Below, piece by piece: positions 52,818 through 62,676 of a DNA stretch of 62,988 nt. The stretch is from Gammaproteobacteria bacterium. GTDB lineage: Bacteria; Pseudomonadota; Gammaproteobacteria; Steroidobacterales; JACDCP01. A program made the translations under genes and the position numbers. The notes under the pieces were generated by a model. That model saw only the letters and a program-made list of their open reading frames with translations. It was not told where the DNA came from and did no database searches. The first letter of the stretch is position 1, and every line of letters begins with the position of its first letter. The DNA lies in the NCBI GenBank assembly GCA_050740235.1, contig JBOIDB010000068.1, positions 1-62,988 on the forward strand, in the 5' to 3' direction.

Positions 52818-54014
52818 CAGATCGCGCTCCACCCAATGCGGCGCGCTGATCGGCGGCACTTCCTCGCCGGCCAGGAACGGCCGCAGCCGATCGGCGACCG
52901 CCCAGGCGTCCCGGTAGCCGAGCCGGATCAGAGCGCGCGTGTATCCGGACTCGAACAGCAGGTAGCTCACGAGCTGCAGACCGCCCTGATTCATGGCGCC
53001 GAGCCCCTTGAGCAGCAGACGCACCGGAATCGGCAACTCGTGAACGTGCCGTCGCGCGATGCCGCGAATGTCCTGGCTCGGCACGATGAGCATGGTGTCG
53101 ATGCGCTTCAGGTTCGCCACGGGGCCGCTCAACCGGCCGGGCGGCGTCTGGCTGAGCAGCAGATTGATGCGCGTCACGCGTTCGAGATCGGCGTACAGAC
53201 CATCCATGAACAGCGTGTCCAGCATGTAGCCGGCAATCTGGCCGAGGCTCGGATACGGTGCCGGATTCGCGGGATCCGGCGTCGGATTGCTCGCCTCGTC
53301 GCGCACGCCGATGACGAGCAGCCGCTGCGCGCCCAGATGTATGGCGGCGCTGAGCGGCGTCGCCTGGCGCATCGCGCCGTCGCCGTAGAATTCGCCGTCG
53401 ATGCACGTCGGCGGGAAGATGAACGGGACGGCCACGCTGGCCATCAGGTGATCGAGCGTGAGGTTCGCTTTCTGGCCGCGCCGGCGCACGCGCGTCCAGG
53501 TCTTCAGGCCCTCGCGCGCCTGGAAGAAGGAGATCGAGCGCGCCGAGTTGTAGCCCGACGCAGTGATCGCGACGGCGTCGAGGTGCCGCGCATCAATCGC
53601 ACGCTGGATCTCCTCGAAGCGGATCTTCCTGCCGAGCAGCTCGCGCAGCGGCGCGTTGTCCAGCAGCGAACGCGGCTTGCGGACGCCGAAACCTCCGAGC
53701 AGCACGGTGACGAACCAATGCGCGCTCGAGGCCAGCATGGTCCAGGCGTCGGAGCGGTAGACCTGCTGCGCCGAGAAATTCGCCCATACGCGTTCCATTT
53801 CCGCGATGCCGGCGCGGAAGCGCAGGGCACGGCTCGCGAGCACGGCCGCGTTGATCGCGCCGGCGGAGGTGCCGCTGATGACCGGGAAAGGGTTCGGCGC
53901 GCGCCGCGGCATGAACTCGGCGATCGCCTTGAGCACGCCGACGTGATAGGCGGCCCGCGCGCCGCCGCCCGGCAGGACGAGGCCGATTCGCGGTTTGTTC
54001 GAGAGCGTGTTCAA
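52713..54014 (-). CDS. Patatin-like phospholipase
   Basis: GGGARAAY, GTSAGA (GxSxG), DGAM (DGx); TTG start; frame runs 105 bp into the mgtE 3' end. Confidence 0.88.
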   Translation of the reverse strand: MNTLSNKPRIGLVLPGGGARAAYHVGVLKAIAEFMPRRAPNPFPVISGTSAGAINAAVLASRALRFRAGIAEMERVWANFSAQQVYRSDAWTMLASSAHWFVTVLLGGFGVRKPRSLLDNAPLRELLGRKIRFEEIQRAIDARHLDAVAITASGYNSARSISFFQAREGLKTWTRVRRRGQKANLTLDHLMASVAVPFIFPPTCIDGEFYGDGAMRQATPLSAAIHLGAQRLLVIGVRDEASNPTPDPANPAPYPSLGQIAGYMLDTLFMDGLYADLERVTRINLLLSQTPPGRLSGPVANLKRIDTMLIVPSQDIRGIARRHVHELPIPVRLLLKGLGAMNQGGLQLVSYLLFESGYTRALIRLGYRDAWAVADRLRPFLAGEEVPPISAPHWVERDLSGEEKRPEAEERQEADRIGHHDEDDTARQRRVDL

Positions 54015-54172
54015 AGTCCCGCCAGTCGGCCTGGCCGGCCGTGCGCGCTACGCATGGTGGCATAATAATAACGCCGGCCTCATTCCGCCAACCGTGACGC
54101 GGAACTCGTTCCGGCGATCGATGTCGGAACTCTCCCGCGTGCTGTACGCTCACCGCGTACGAGGAACAACCG

Positions 54173-54733
54173 ATGAACAAGACACTCATGCGCAGCCGGG
54201 AGATCGCCCCGCTGCTCTACGCTCTGCTGGTGCTTCCGATGGCCGCTTCCGGCGCGCTCGCCGCGGATGCGCCCGAAGCCGGCAAGGCCGCGCCGGCGTT
54301 CAAACTGCAGGACCAGACCGGAGAATGGCGCAGCATCGAGGACTATCGCGGCAAATGGCTGGCGCTGTACTTCTATCCGAAGGACGACACGCCCGGGTGC
54401 ACGACCGAGGCCTGCGAATTCCGCGACAACATTTTCGCGTTCAGGGAGATCGGCGCCGAGATCGTCGGCGTGAGCCTCGACGACGTCGCCTCACACAAGG
54501 AATTCGCCGAGAAGTACCACCTGCCGTTCACGCTGCTGTCCGACCCAGACGGCGAGGTCTCGCGCAATTACGGCGTCCTGACGAGCATCGGGCCGATGAA
54601 GTTCGCGGATCGGGAGAGCTTTCTGATCGATCCGGAGGGCAGGATCGTCAAGCACTACGACGACGTCGATCCCGACGCGCATTCAGGCGACGTGCTGGCC
54701 GACCTGAAAGCCCTCCAGGCGGCATCTTCGTAG
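54173..54733 (+). CDS. bcp: BCP/PrxQ peroxiredoxin with an N-terminal signal-like extension
   Basis: YFYPKDDTPGCTTEAC, GVSLD, LLSDPDG, RESFLID. Confidence 0.9.
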   Translation: MNKTLMRSREIAPLLYALLVLPMAASGALAADAPEAGKAAPAFKLQDQTGEWRSIEDYRGKWLALYFYPKDDTPGCTTEACEFRDNIFAFREIGAEIVGVSLDDVASHKEFAEKYHLPFTLLSDPDGEVSRNYGVLTSIGPMKFADRESFLIDPEGRIVKHYDDVDPDAHSGDVLADLKALQAASS

Positions 54734-54814
54734 GTCGGGACAAGCGCAGCGTTCCCGGCAAGAAGCCGGCAACGGCCCCCGGATCGGGGTCGGGGCATGC
54801 TTATGCCGAACTAC
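54730..54814. repeat. Inverted GTAG-tagged REP doublet (REPIN-like) filling the bcp-pyk spacer
   Basis: GTAGGTCGGGACAAGCGCAGCGTTCCCGGCA at the left end and GCTTATGCCGAACTAC at the right end. Confidence 0.7.
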
Positions 54815-56250
54815 CCCCGCCCGTCGGTCACCTTGAGGATCTTCATGGCGTTGGTGCCGCCGGCGACGCCCGTCAGGTCGCCTTTGGTGAAAATCACGAG
54901 GTCGTCGACATTGACCAGGTCGAGATCGAGCAGCCTGTGGAAGATCTCCTGGTAAAGCATGCGCGCGTCCGCGTGCACGATGTCGAAGGACACCGGATAG
55001 ACGCCGCGATACAGCGTCACCCGCCGGCGCGTGGCCTCGTGGCGCGTGAACGCGTAGATCGGTATGTCCGAGCGGATGCGTGACATCCACAACGCCGTCG
55101 AGCCGGATTCCGTCAGCGCGATGATCGCCGATACCTTGAGATGGTTCGCCGTGTACATGACGGCCATGGCGATGGCCTCGTCGATGTAGCGGAACGAATC
55201 GTCCATGCGGTGCGACGAGCGCCCGCGCGTGAGGTGATGCTTCTCGGCGCCGCGGCAGACCTCGGCCATCGCTTCGACCGCCTTGACCGGATACTGGCCC
55301 ACCGCCGTTTCGCCGGAAAGCATCACCGCGTCGGAGCCGTCCATGACCGCGTTCGCCACGTCGGACACTTCCGCGCGCGTCGGAATCGGGTTGCTGATCA
55401 TGGATTCCATCATCTGCGTGGCCGTGATGACGATGCGATTGTGGGTCCGGGTCATACGGATGATGCGCTTCTGCAGCCCGGTCAATTCCGCGTAGCCGAC
55501 CTCCACGCCGAGATCGCCGCGTGCGACCATGATGACGTCGCTGGCGTCGATGATTCCTTCGATGTTGCGCACGGCCTCGGCGCGCTCGATCTTCGCCACG
55601 ATCAGGCCTTCGCCGCCCGCTTCGCGGAACAGGCTGCGCGCGAGCTCGATATCGGTGGCCCCGCGGGGAAACGACACGGCAAGGAAGTCGAGCCCGAGCC
55701 TGGCCGCGGTGCGGATGTCCTCGCGGTCCTTGTCCGTGAGCGTCGCGGCAGAAAGCCCGCCGCCCTGCCGGTTGATGCCCTTCGCATCGGCCAGCCGCCC
55801 GCCGACGTTCACGCGGCAGATCACCCGCGAACCTTCGACAGACTCGACATCGAGCACGATATGACCGTCGTCGAGGAGCAGGACGTCGCCGGGTGCAACA
55901 TCTCGCGCGAGCTGCGGATAAGTTACGCCGACCGCCTCGGCCGTGCCCGCGTTCTCGTCGAGACTGGTGTCGAGCACGAACCGGTCGCCCCGGGCCAGCT
56001 CGACGCTCCCGGCGGCAAAACGCTGAATGCGGATCTTCGGCCCGCTCAGGTCGCCGAGCACGCCGACTTCGCGGCCGATATCCGCCGCCACCTTGCGCAC
56101 GAGCTTCGTGCGTCGCTCGACGTCCTCGGTCGTTCCGTGCGAGAAATTGACCCGCACGACATTGGCTCCGGCGCGCAGCAGCTCGGCCAGCACCTCGGGG
56201 TCGTCGGTGGCCGGCCCGAGAGTGGCGACGATCTTGGTGCGCCTCAGCAT
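54811..56250 (-). CDS. pyk: Pyruvate kinase (PykA-like)
   Basis: RRTKIVATLGP, RVNFSHG, LSGPKIR, AKIER, VARGDL, ATQMMESM, DAVMLSGET; start could also be 56304 or 56322. Confidence 0.97.
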   Translation of the reverse strand: MLRRTKIVATLGPATDDPEVLAELLRAGANVVRVNFSHGTTEDVERRTKLVRKVAADIGREVGVLGDLSGPKIRIQRFAAGSVELARGDRFVLDTSLDENAGTAEAVGVTYPQLARDVAPGDVLLLDDGHIVLDVESVEGSRVICRVNVGGRLADAKGINRQGGGLSAATLTDKDREDIRTAARLGLDFLAVSFPRGATDIELARSLFREAGGEGLIVAKIERAEAVRNIEGIIDASDVIMVARGDLGVEVGYAELTGLQKRIIRMTRTHNRIVITATQMMESMISNPIPTRAEVSDVANAVMDGSDAVMLSGETAVGQYPVKAVEAMAEVCRGAEKHHLTRGRSSHRMDDSFRYIDEAIAMAVMYTANHLKVSAIIALTESGSTALWMSRIRSDIPIYAFTRHEATRRRVTLYRGVYPVSFDIVHADARMLYQEIFHRLLDLDLVNVDDLVIFTKGDLTGVAGGTNAMKILKVTDGRG

Positions 56251-56341
56251 GCCGCGACTTGCGCGGCGTTCCAGGACCGGCGCCGTGGCCCTGTCCTGCG
56301 CCATTTTGCTCACTGCGCTCATCTTGAGGTAAGACTCCCGA

Positions 56342-57553
56342 TCATCGCAGTCGTTGCGGGGCCGAAACAGCAGTCTGACCCTGAATCGCGCGACGTTCCA
56401 GGACTTCGACGGCCGGCAGCGTGCCTCCCTCGAGAAACTCAAGGAAGGCGCCGCCGCCGGTGGAGATGTAGGAGATTCGATCGGCCACCTTGTACTTCTC
56501 GACGGCCGCGAGCGTATCGCCGCCTCCGGCAATCGAGAAGGCCCGGCTTTCCGCGATGGCTGTGGCCAGAATACGCGTGCCCTCACCGAACTGATCGTAT
56601 TCGAAGACGCCGACCGGGCCGTTCCAGACGATAGTTCCGGCGCCGGCGAGCAGGCGCGCGAAACTCTCGGCGGTATCCGGCCCGATATCGAGAATCATCT
56701 CGTCGCCGTCCACCGCTCCGACGGACTTGACGTCGGCCTCCGCGCTCTCCGCGAGCTCCCTGGCCACCACGACGTCCGTCGGCAACGGGATTTCGGCCGT
56801 GCCATTGCCTTTCGCCGTCAACCGTTTCGCTTCCGCGATGAAATCCGGCTCGTGCAGCGAGCGGCCAACCTCGTAGCCGGCCGCGGCGATGAAGGTATTC
56901 GCGATGCCGCCGCCGACGATGAGCTGATCGACCTTGCGGGCGAGCGCGTCGAGGACCTCGAGCTTGGTCGACACCTTGGCGCCGGCCACGATCGCCACCA
57001 GCGGCCGGCTCGGCTCATCGAGCGCGCGATGCAGCGCTTCCAGCTCGTTGACCAGCAGCGGCCCCGCGCAGGCCAGCGGCGCGTGCTCCGCGACGCCGTG
57101 CGTGCTCGCCTGTGCGCGATGCGCCGTCCCGAAGGCATCCATGACGAAGACGTCGCAGAGATCGGCCATGCGGCGCGCCAGCGCCGGGTCATTTGCCTTC
57201 TCGCCGACGTTGAAGCGCACGTTCTCGCAGAGCACGACTTCACCGGGCTTTATGTCGACGCCGTCCAGCCACTTGCGCGCCAGCTCCACCTTGTGGCCGA
57301 GCAGTTCGGAGAGCCGTGCGGCAACCGGCGCGAGCGAAAGCGATTCGTCGGGCTTACCCTCGACGGGGCGGCCGAGGTGCGACAACAGGATCACTGCGGC
57401 GCCCCCGTCGAGAGCCGCCTGGATGGTCCCGAGCGCCGCACGGATGCGCGCGTCGCTGGTGACTTTGCCGTCCTTCACCGGCACGTTGAGATCTTCGCGG
57501 ATCAGCACGCGCTTGCCGCGCAAATCCTGGTCGGCCATTTTCAGCATGTTCAC
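56342..57553 (-). CDS. pgk: Phosphoglycerate kinase
   Basis: [43 protein letters not shown]. Confidence 0.98.
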   Translation of the reverse strand: MNMLKMADQDLRGKRVLIREDLNVPVKDGKVTSDARIRAALGTIQAALDGGAAVILLSHLGRPVEGKPDESLSLAPVAARLSELLGHKVELARKWLDGVDIKPGEVVLCENVRFNVGEKANDPALARRMADLCDVFVMDAFGTAHRAQASTHGVAEHAPLACAGPLLVNELEALHRALDEPSRPLVAIVAGAKVSTKLEVLDALARKVDQLIVGGGIANTFIAAAGYEVGRSLHEPDFIAEAKRLTAKGNGTAEIPLPTDVVVARELAESAEADVKSVGAVDGDEMILDIGPDTAESFARLLAGAGTIVWNGPVGVFEYDQFGEGTRILATAIAESRAFSIAGGGDTLAAVEKYKVADRISYISTGGGAFLEFLEGGTLPAVEVLERRAIQGQTAVSAPQRLR

Positions 57554-57574
57554 GCCGACGCTCCGGCGCAACCG

Positions 57575-58588
57575 TCAGCGTACATTGGCGAATGCGATGG
57601 TGGTGTCCAGCATGCGGTTGGAAAAGCCCCATTCATTGTCGTACCAGGCGCAGGCCTTGACCAGAAGGCCGTCGATGACCTTCGTCAGGGTCGCATCGTA
57701 AATGCACGAGGCCGGATTGTGATTGAAATCGACGGAAACCAGCGGCGCGTCGCTGTACGCAACGATGCCCTCGAGCGCACCCTCGGACGCCTTGCGCATG
57801 ATCTCGTCGATCTCCTCCCGGCTCGTCTTGCGGCCGGCCGTGAACGTCAGGTCGACGAGCGACACGTTGATGGTCGGCACGCGCACGGAGAAACCGTCGA
57901 GCTTGCCGTCGAGCTCGGGCAGCACGAGGCCGACGGCGGACGCCGCGCCGGTCTTGGTCGGAATCTGCGACATGGTCGCGGAGCGCGCGCGGCGCAAGTC
58001 CTTGTGAAACACATCCGTCAGGACCTGATCGTTGGTGTACGAGTGAATGGTCGTCATGAGCCCGCGCTCGACACCGACGGCATCGTGCAGCGGCTTGACG
58101 AGCGGCACGAGACAGTTGGTGGTGCAGGAAGCGTTCGAGATGACCTTGTCGCTCGCCTTGAGGATCTGGTGGTTGACGCCGTAGACGATGGTGGCGTCCA
58201 CGCTCGTGCCCGCCGGCGCCGAGATGATGACCTTTTTCGCGCCGCCCTTCAGGTGCGCCGAGGCCTTCTCCTTGCTGGCGAACAGTCCCGTGCTCTCGAT
58301 CACCACATCGACACCGAGCTCGCCCCACGGCAGCTTCGCCGGATCGCGTTCGGCCAGCACGCGGATGCGGTCGCCGTTGACGACCAGGTTGTCACCGTCC
58401 ACGGAAACCTCGCCGGGAAACGGGCCGTGTGCCGTATCGTAGCGGGTCAGATGCGCGTTGGTTTCAGCGTCGCCGAGATCGTTGACCGCCAGGATCTCGA
58501 GCTCGCCGGTGCGGCCGGACTCGTAGAGCGCCCGCAGGATGTTGCGGCCGATGCGGCCGTAACCGTTGATTGCTGCCTTTACTGCCAT
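57575..58588 (-). CDS. gap: Type I glyceraldehyde-3-phosphate dehydrogenase
   Basis: [38 protein letters not shown]. Confidence 0.96.
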   Translation of the reverse strand: MAVKAAINGYGRIGRNILRALYESGRTGELEILAVNDLGDAETNAHLTRYDTAHGPFPGEVSVDGDNLVVNGDRIRVLAERDPAKLPWGELGVDVVIESTGLFASKEKASAHLKGGAKKVIISAPAGTSVDATIVYGVNHQILKASDKVISNASCTTNCLVPLVKPLHDAVGVERGLMTTIHSYTNDQVLTDVFHKDLRRARSATMSQIPTKTGAASAVGLVLPELDGKLDGFSVRVPTINVSLVDLTFTAGRKTSREEIDEIMRKASEGALEGIVAYSDAPLVSVDFNHNPASCIYDATLTKVIDGLLVKACAWYDNEWGFSNRMLDTTIAFANVR

Positions 58589-58640
58589 GGATGCCTCTTC
58601 TGTGAATTCGCCGTTTCGCGTTGTCTGCGCAGGGAGTGAC

Positions 58641-58662
58641 GGCCGGCTGAAGCCGGCCCTAC
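58641..58662 (-). repeat. GTAG-tagged REP overlapping the tkt stop codon
   Basis: Minus strand GTAG-GGCCGGC-TTCA-GCCGGCC; same family as 37550-37608. Confidence 0.8.
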
Positions 58663-60656
58663 GGGAGCATCGACTGCGCAACCTCGACGATGTGCGCCGC
58701 GGTGAACCCGAAATGCTCGAACAGGACTTTCGCCGGCGCGGAGGCGCCGAAACGGTCGATGCCGATGACGCGGCCATCGATGCCGACGTATTTGTGCCAG
58801 TAGCCGGTCACGCCGGCTTCGATGGCGAGGCGCCGCGTGATCGCCTGCGGCAGCACCGATTCACGGTAATCGGCATCCTGAGCGTCGAAGATCTCGGCGC
58901 TCGGCATCGACACCAGACGCACGGCGCGGCCGCGCTTGGCCAGCTCGGCGGCCGCGGCCCTCGCGATGCCGACTTCCGATCCGGTCGCGATCAGAATCAG
59001 CTCCGGCGCGCCGTTCGCGTCATCGAGCACGTAGCCGCCGCGGCGGATCGCTTCGATCTGCGAAGGCGTCCGGGTCTGATGGGGTATGCCCTGGCGCGTC
59101 AGCACGAGGCTCGTCGGGCCGCTGCCCCGCTCGATGGCGTCGCGCCAGGCAACGGCGGTTTCGACCGCATCGCAGGGCCGCCACAGCGTCATGTTCGGTA
59201 TCAGGCGCAGGCTCGCGAGATGCTCGACAGGCTGGTGGGTCGGACCGTCCTCGCCTAGCCCGATCGAGTCATGCGTGTAGACGAGAATCGTCGGCACGCC
59301 GATCAATGCCGCCATGCGCACGGCGTTGCGCGCGTAATCGGAGAACGTCAGAAACGTGCCGCCGTAGCCGATGAAACCGCCGTGCAGCACGAGGCCGTTC
59401 AGGATGGCGGTCATGCCGAACTCGCGCACGCCGAAGTACACGTAATTGCCCGCGGCATCATCCGAGGTAACGGCCCTGGAGCCGCTCCAGAATGTGTTGT
59501 TGGAACCGGTCAGGTCCGCGGAGCCGCCGAAAAGCTCCGGCAGCAACGGCCCGTAGCCGTTCAGCGCCACTTCGGAGGACTTGCGGGTCGCCGCGTCCTT
59601 GCCCGCCTCGGCCTGCCCGGCGATGAAACGGTCTGCTTTCTCCGCCCAGCCCTCCGGCAGGCCGCGGCGCATGCGCCGCGCGAGCTCGTTGGCGAGATCC
59701 GGGTGCGCCTTGCGATATTTCGCATGCAGCTCGTTCCAGCGGGCTTCGAGCTCGGCGCCGCGCTGACGCGCATCCCAGGCGTCGCGAATCTCGTCCGGTA
59801 CGACGAACGGCGGATGCGGCCAGTCGAGCTCGCGCCGCGCCCGCGCCACTTCTTCCTCGCCGAGCGGCGACCCGTGCGTGGCAGCGGTGCCCTGCTTGGT
59901 CGGCGCGCCGAAGCCGATGATCGTGCGGCAGACGATCAGCGACGGGCGATCGCGCTCGGCGCGCGCCTCCTCGATGGCCTTGCGCACCGCGTCGGGATCG
60001 TGGCCATCGACATCGTCGACGACGTGCCATTTGTAGGCGCGAAAGCGCGCCGCGGTGTCATCCGTGAACCAGCCTTCCACCTCGCCGTCGATGGAAATGC
60101 CGTTCGAGTCGTAGAAGCCGATCAACTTGCTTAAGGCCAGCGTGCCCGCCAGGGAACAGGCTTCGTGCGATATGCCTTCCATGAGGCAGCCGTCGCCCAT
60201 GAAGACGTAGGTATAATGATCGATGATGTCGAAGCCCGGGCGGTTGAAGGTGGCGGCGAGCACCTTTTCCGCAAGTGCCATGCCGACCGAGTTGGTGAGC
60301 CCCTGGCCGAGCGGCCCGGTGGTCGTCTCGATGGCCGCGTCGAGCTCGTATTCGGGGTGCCCCGGCGTGCGGTAACCGAACTGGCGGAAGTTCTCGATCT
60401 CGGCCAGCGGCAGGTCGTAGCCGGTCAGGTGCGCGAGCGAGTACAGCAGCATGGAGCCGTGGCCGTTCGAAATGACGAAGCGGTCGCGGTTCAGCCAGCG
60501 CGGATTCGCCGGGTTGTGCTCGAGAAAGTCGTTCCAGAGCACCTCGGCGATGTCCGCCATGCCCATCGGCATGCCGGGATGGCCGGACTCGGCTTTCTGC
60601 ACGGCATCCATGCTGAGCGCACGAATCGCGTTCGCCAGCTCTCTGCGTGTCGGCAT
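58659..60656 (-). CDS. tkt: Transketolase
   Basis: [45 protein letters not shown]. Confidence 0.99.
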   Translation of the reverse strand: MPTRRELANAIRALSMDAVQKAESGHPGMPMGMADIAEVLWNDFLEHNPANPRWLNRDRFVISNGHGSMLLYSLAHLTGYDLPLAEIENFRQFGYRTPGHPEYELDAAIETTTGPLGQGLTNSVGMALAEKVLAATFNRPGFDIIDHYTYVFMGDGCLMEGISHEACSLAGTLALSKLIGFYDSNGISIDGEVEGWFTDDTAARFRAYKWHVVDDVDGHDPDAVRKAIEEARAERDRPSLIVCRTIIGFGAPTKQGTAATHGSPLGEEEVARARRELDWPHPPFVVPDEIRDAWDARQRGAELEARWNELHAKYRKAHPDLANELARRMRRGLPEGWAEKADRFIAGQAEAGKDAATRKSSEVALNGYGPLLPELFGGSADLTGSNNTFWSGSRAVTSDDAAGNYVYFGVREFGMTAILNGLVLHGGFIGYGGTFLTFSDYARNAVRMAALIGVPTILVYTHDSIGLGEDGPTHQPVEHLASLRLIPNMTLWRPCDAVETAVAWRDAIERGSGPTSLVLTRQGIPHQTRTPSQIEAIRRGGYVLDDANGAPELILIATGSEVGIARAAAAELAKRGRAVRLVSMPSAEIFDAQDADYRESVLPQAITRRLAIEAGVTGYWHKYVGIDGRVIGIDRFGASAPAKVLFEHFGFTAAHIVEVAQSMLP

Positions 60657-60727
60657 CGGGGACTCTTTCGTTCGAAGGGCGCGCATTTTCGCCTACCGCC
60701 CCGGTCGCGGCAACCGGCGCGGGCTCA

Positions 60728-61285
60728 TCAATGCTCCATCCACTTGATCGAGCAGCCGATGCTCTGCGCCTGCTCCTCGGGACCGTGACCGGTGCGCGCT
60801 ATCTGAAGCATGGCTTCGTACAGCTCGCGGCGTGCATCGGGCGGCGCCGGCGCTCGGCCGCTCGCATCCAGGCGGCCCCGATACTGCAGCTCGAGCTCGC
60901 GGTTGAAACCGTAAAAGTCCGGCGTGCAGACGGCGCCGTAGTCACGCGCGACATCCTGCGTCTCGTCGATGAGGTAGGGGAACGGGAAATCGTGCTGAAG
61001 TGCGACGCGACGCATGTTCTCGACCGAATCTTCCGGATAGTGCGTGGGATCGTTCGGCATGATGGCGACCGAGCTGATGCCGTGCGCGACGAGATCGCGC
61101 GTATCCCGCGCGAGGCGGTCGAGGATAGCCTGCACGAACGGGCAGTGATTACAGATGAACATGACCAGCGTGCCGTTTTCTCCGCGGCAATCCGCGAGCG
61201 TCCAGCGACGGCCGTCGGGATCGTCGAGCGAGAAATCGACGGCGGGCCGGCCGAACTCGCAGACGGGTGAGTTGAGAGCAGCCAT
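60728..61285 (-). CDS. Thioredoxin-family (AhpC/TSA, Prx-like) protein
   Basis: 185 aa; MFICNHCPFV, YPEDS, YGAVCTPDF, YRGRLD, SIGCSIKW. Confidence 0.9.
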   Translation of the reverse strand: MAALNSPVCEFGRPAVDFSLDDPDGRRWTLADCRGENGTLVMFICNHCPFVQAILDRLARDTRDLVAHGISSVAIMPNDPTHYPEDSVENMRRVALQHDFPFPYLIDETQDVARDYGAVCTPDFYGFNRELELQYRGRLDASGRAPAPPDARRELYEAMLQIARTGHGPEEQAQSIGCSIKWMEH

Positions 61286-61340
61286 GGAGAGGAACCGTGA
61301 AGCGTGGAAGAGGCTCTAGGTTAAGGCAGTCGCCCGGAAA

Positions 61341-61369
61341 GTGAAAGGCAGTGAGAGGGAGGCTATAAT
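61341..61369 (+). promoter_or_regulatory. Candidate sigma70 promoter for metK-ahcY
   Basis: GTGAAA (61341-61346), 17-bp spacer, TATAAT (61364-61369). Confidence 0.55.
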
Positions 61370-61426
61370 GCCCTGTTTTCCAATCCCCGCAATCGCCGCC
61401 GAACCCGCCGCAGGTAAGCAAAACCA

Positions 61427-62587
61427 ATGGTCGAAGACTATGTGTTCACCTCCGAATCCGTGTCGGAGGGCCACCCCGACAAGATCGCGGATCGGATTTC
61501 CGACTCGGTCCTGGATGCCATTCTCGAGAAGGACCGCAGCGCCCGGGTGGCGTGCGAGACGCTGGTCAAGACCGGCCTGGTGGTCGTCGCCGGCGAAGTA
61601 TCGACGACCGCATGGGTCGACCTCGAGACGCTGACCCGCCGCGCCATCCTCGACATCGGCTACGACCATTCGGACAAGGGCTTCGACGGCGCCACCTGTG
61701 CCGTCGTGAACGCCATCGGCAAGCAATCCGGTGACATCGCGCAGGGCGTGGACCGCGGCGAAGCGAAAGCCCAGGGCGCGGGCGATCAGGGCCTCATGTT
61801 CGGATACGCGAGCAACGAAACCGAAGTGCTCATGCCCGCGCCGATCACTTACGCGCATCGGCTGGTGAAACGCCAGGCGGAAGTGCGCAAGAGCGGCCGG
61901 CTCGCGTGGCTCAGGCCCGATGCGAAGAGCCAGGTGACGTTCCGCTACGAGGCCGGCAAGCCGGCGGGCGTCGAAGCCGTGGTGCTGTCGACCCAGCACG
62001 ATGCCGAAGTTTCGCAGAAGGACCTGCACGAGGCCGTCCTCGAAGAGATCATCAAGCCCGTCTTTCCCGGCAAATGGCTCGGCGCGAAGACGCGCTTCCA
62101 TATCAACCCGACGGGGCGCTTCGTCGTGGGCGGCCCGATGGGCGATTGCGGGCTGACCGGGCGGAAGATCATCGTCGACACCTACGGCGGAATGGCACGG
62201 CACGGCGGCGGCGCATTCTCCGGCAAGGATCCGTCGAAGGTCGACCGCTCGGCGGCTTACGCGGCGCGCTACGTCGCCAAGAACATCGTCGCCGCCGGCC
62301 TGGCGGAACGCTGCGAGATTCAGGTGTCGTACGCGATCGGCATCGCCGAGCCGACCTCGATCAGCGTCGACACCTTCGGCACGGGCCGCATTTCGCACGA
62401 GCGGCTCGTGCGCCTCATCAAGCAGCATTTCGACCTGACGCCGTTCGGCATCCTCGGTATGCTCGATCTCGTGCGGCCGATTTACTCGGCGACCGCGGCG
62501 TACGGCCACTTCGGGCGAGAGGAGCCCGACTTCACGTGGGAACGCACGGACAAGGCCGAGGACCTGCGCATCGACGCCGCCGCCTGA
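61427..62587 (+). CDS. metK: S-adenosylmethionine synthetase
   Basis: [48 protein letters not shown]. Confidence 0.99.
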   Translation: MVEDYVFTSESVSEGHPDKIADRISDSVLDAILEKDRSARVACETLVKTGLVVVAGEVSTTAWVDLETLTRRAILDIGYDHSDKGFDGATCAVVNAIGKQSGDIAQGVDRGEAKAQGAGDQGLMFGYASNETEVLMPAPITYAHRLVKRQAEVRKSGRLAWLRPDAKSQVTFRYEAGKPAGVEAVVLSTQHDAEVSQKDLHEAVLEEIIKPVFPGKWLGAKTRFHINPTGRFVVGGPMGDCGLTGRKIIVDTYGGMARHGGGAFSGKDPSKVDRSAAYAARYVAKNIVAAGLAERCEIQVSYAIGIAEPTSISVDTFGTGRISHERLVRLIKQHFDLTPFGILGMLDLVRPIYSATAAYGHFGREEPDFTWERTDKAEDLRIDAAA

Positions 62588-62676
62588 ACCGGGCGCGATC
62601 CGCCCGCATGGACTTGATTACCGGCACCACCCGGCTCTTGGCCGCCGACGCCTTTCCACACGGAGACTGAATCGTC

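Noticed and set aside
54683-55090. Small minus-strand ORFs spanning the bcp-pyk junction as real genes
   Set aside because: They overlap pyk out of frame and read through the REP doublet; no RBS or motif support.
57575-58588. Erythrose-4-phosphate dehydrogenase (epd), expected from tkt-X-pgk order in E. coli and Pseudomonas
   Set aside because: Sequence has AVNDL and HSYTNDQ typical of GAPDH rather than the INEL and HSAMxDQ of Epd.
62588-62676. SAH riboswitch before ahcY, or SAM riboswitch before metK
   Set aside because: I could not find the conserved SAH (GAGGAGCG...CAGGCUC) or SAM-I/II core motifs; an Infernal scan would be definitive.
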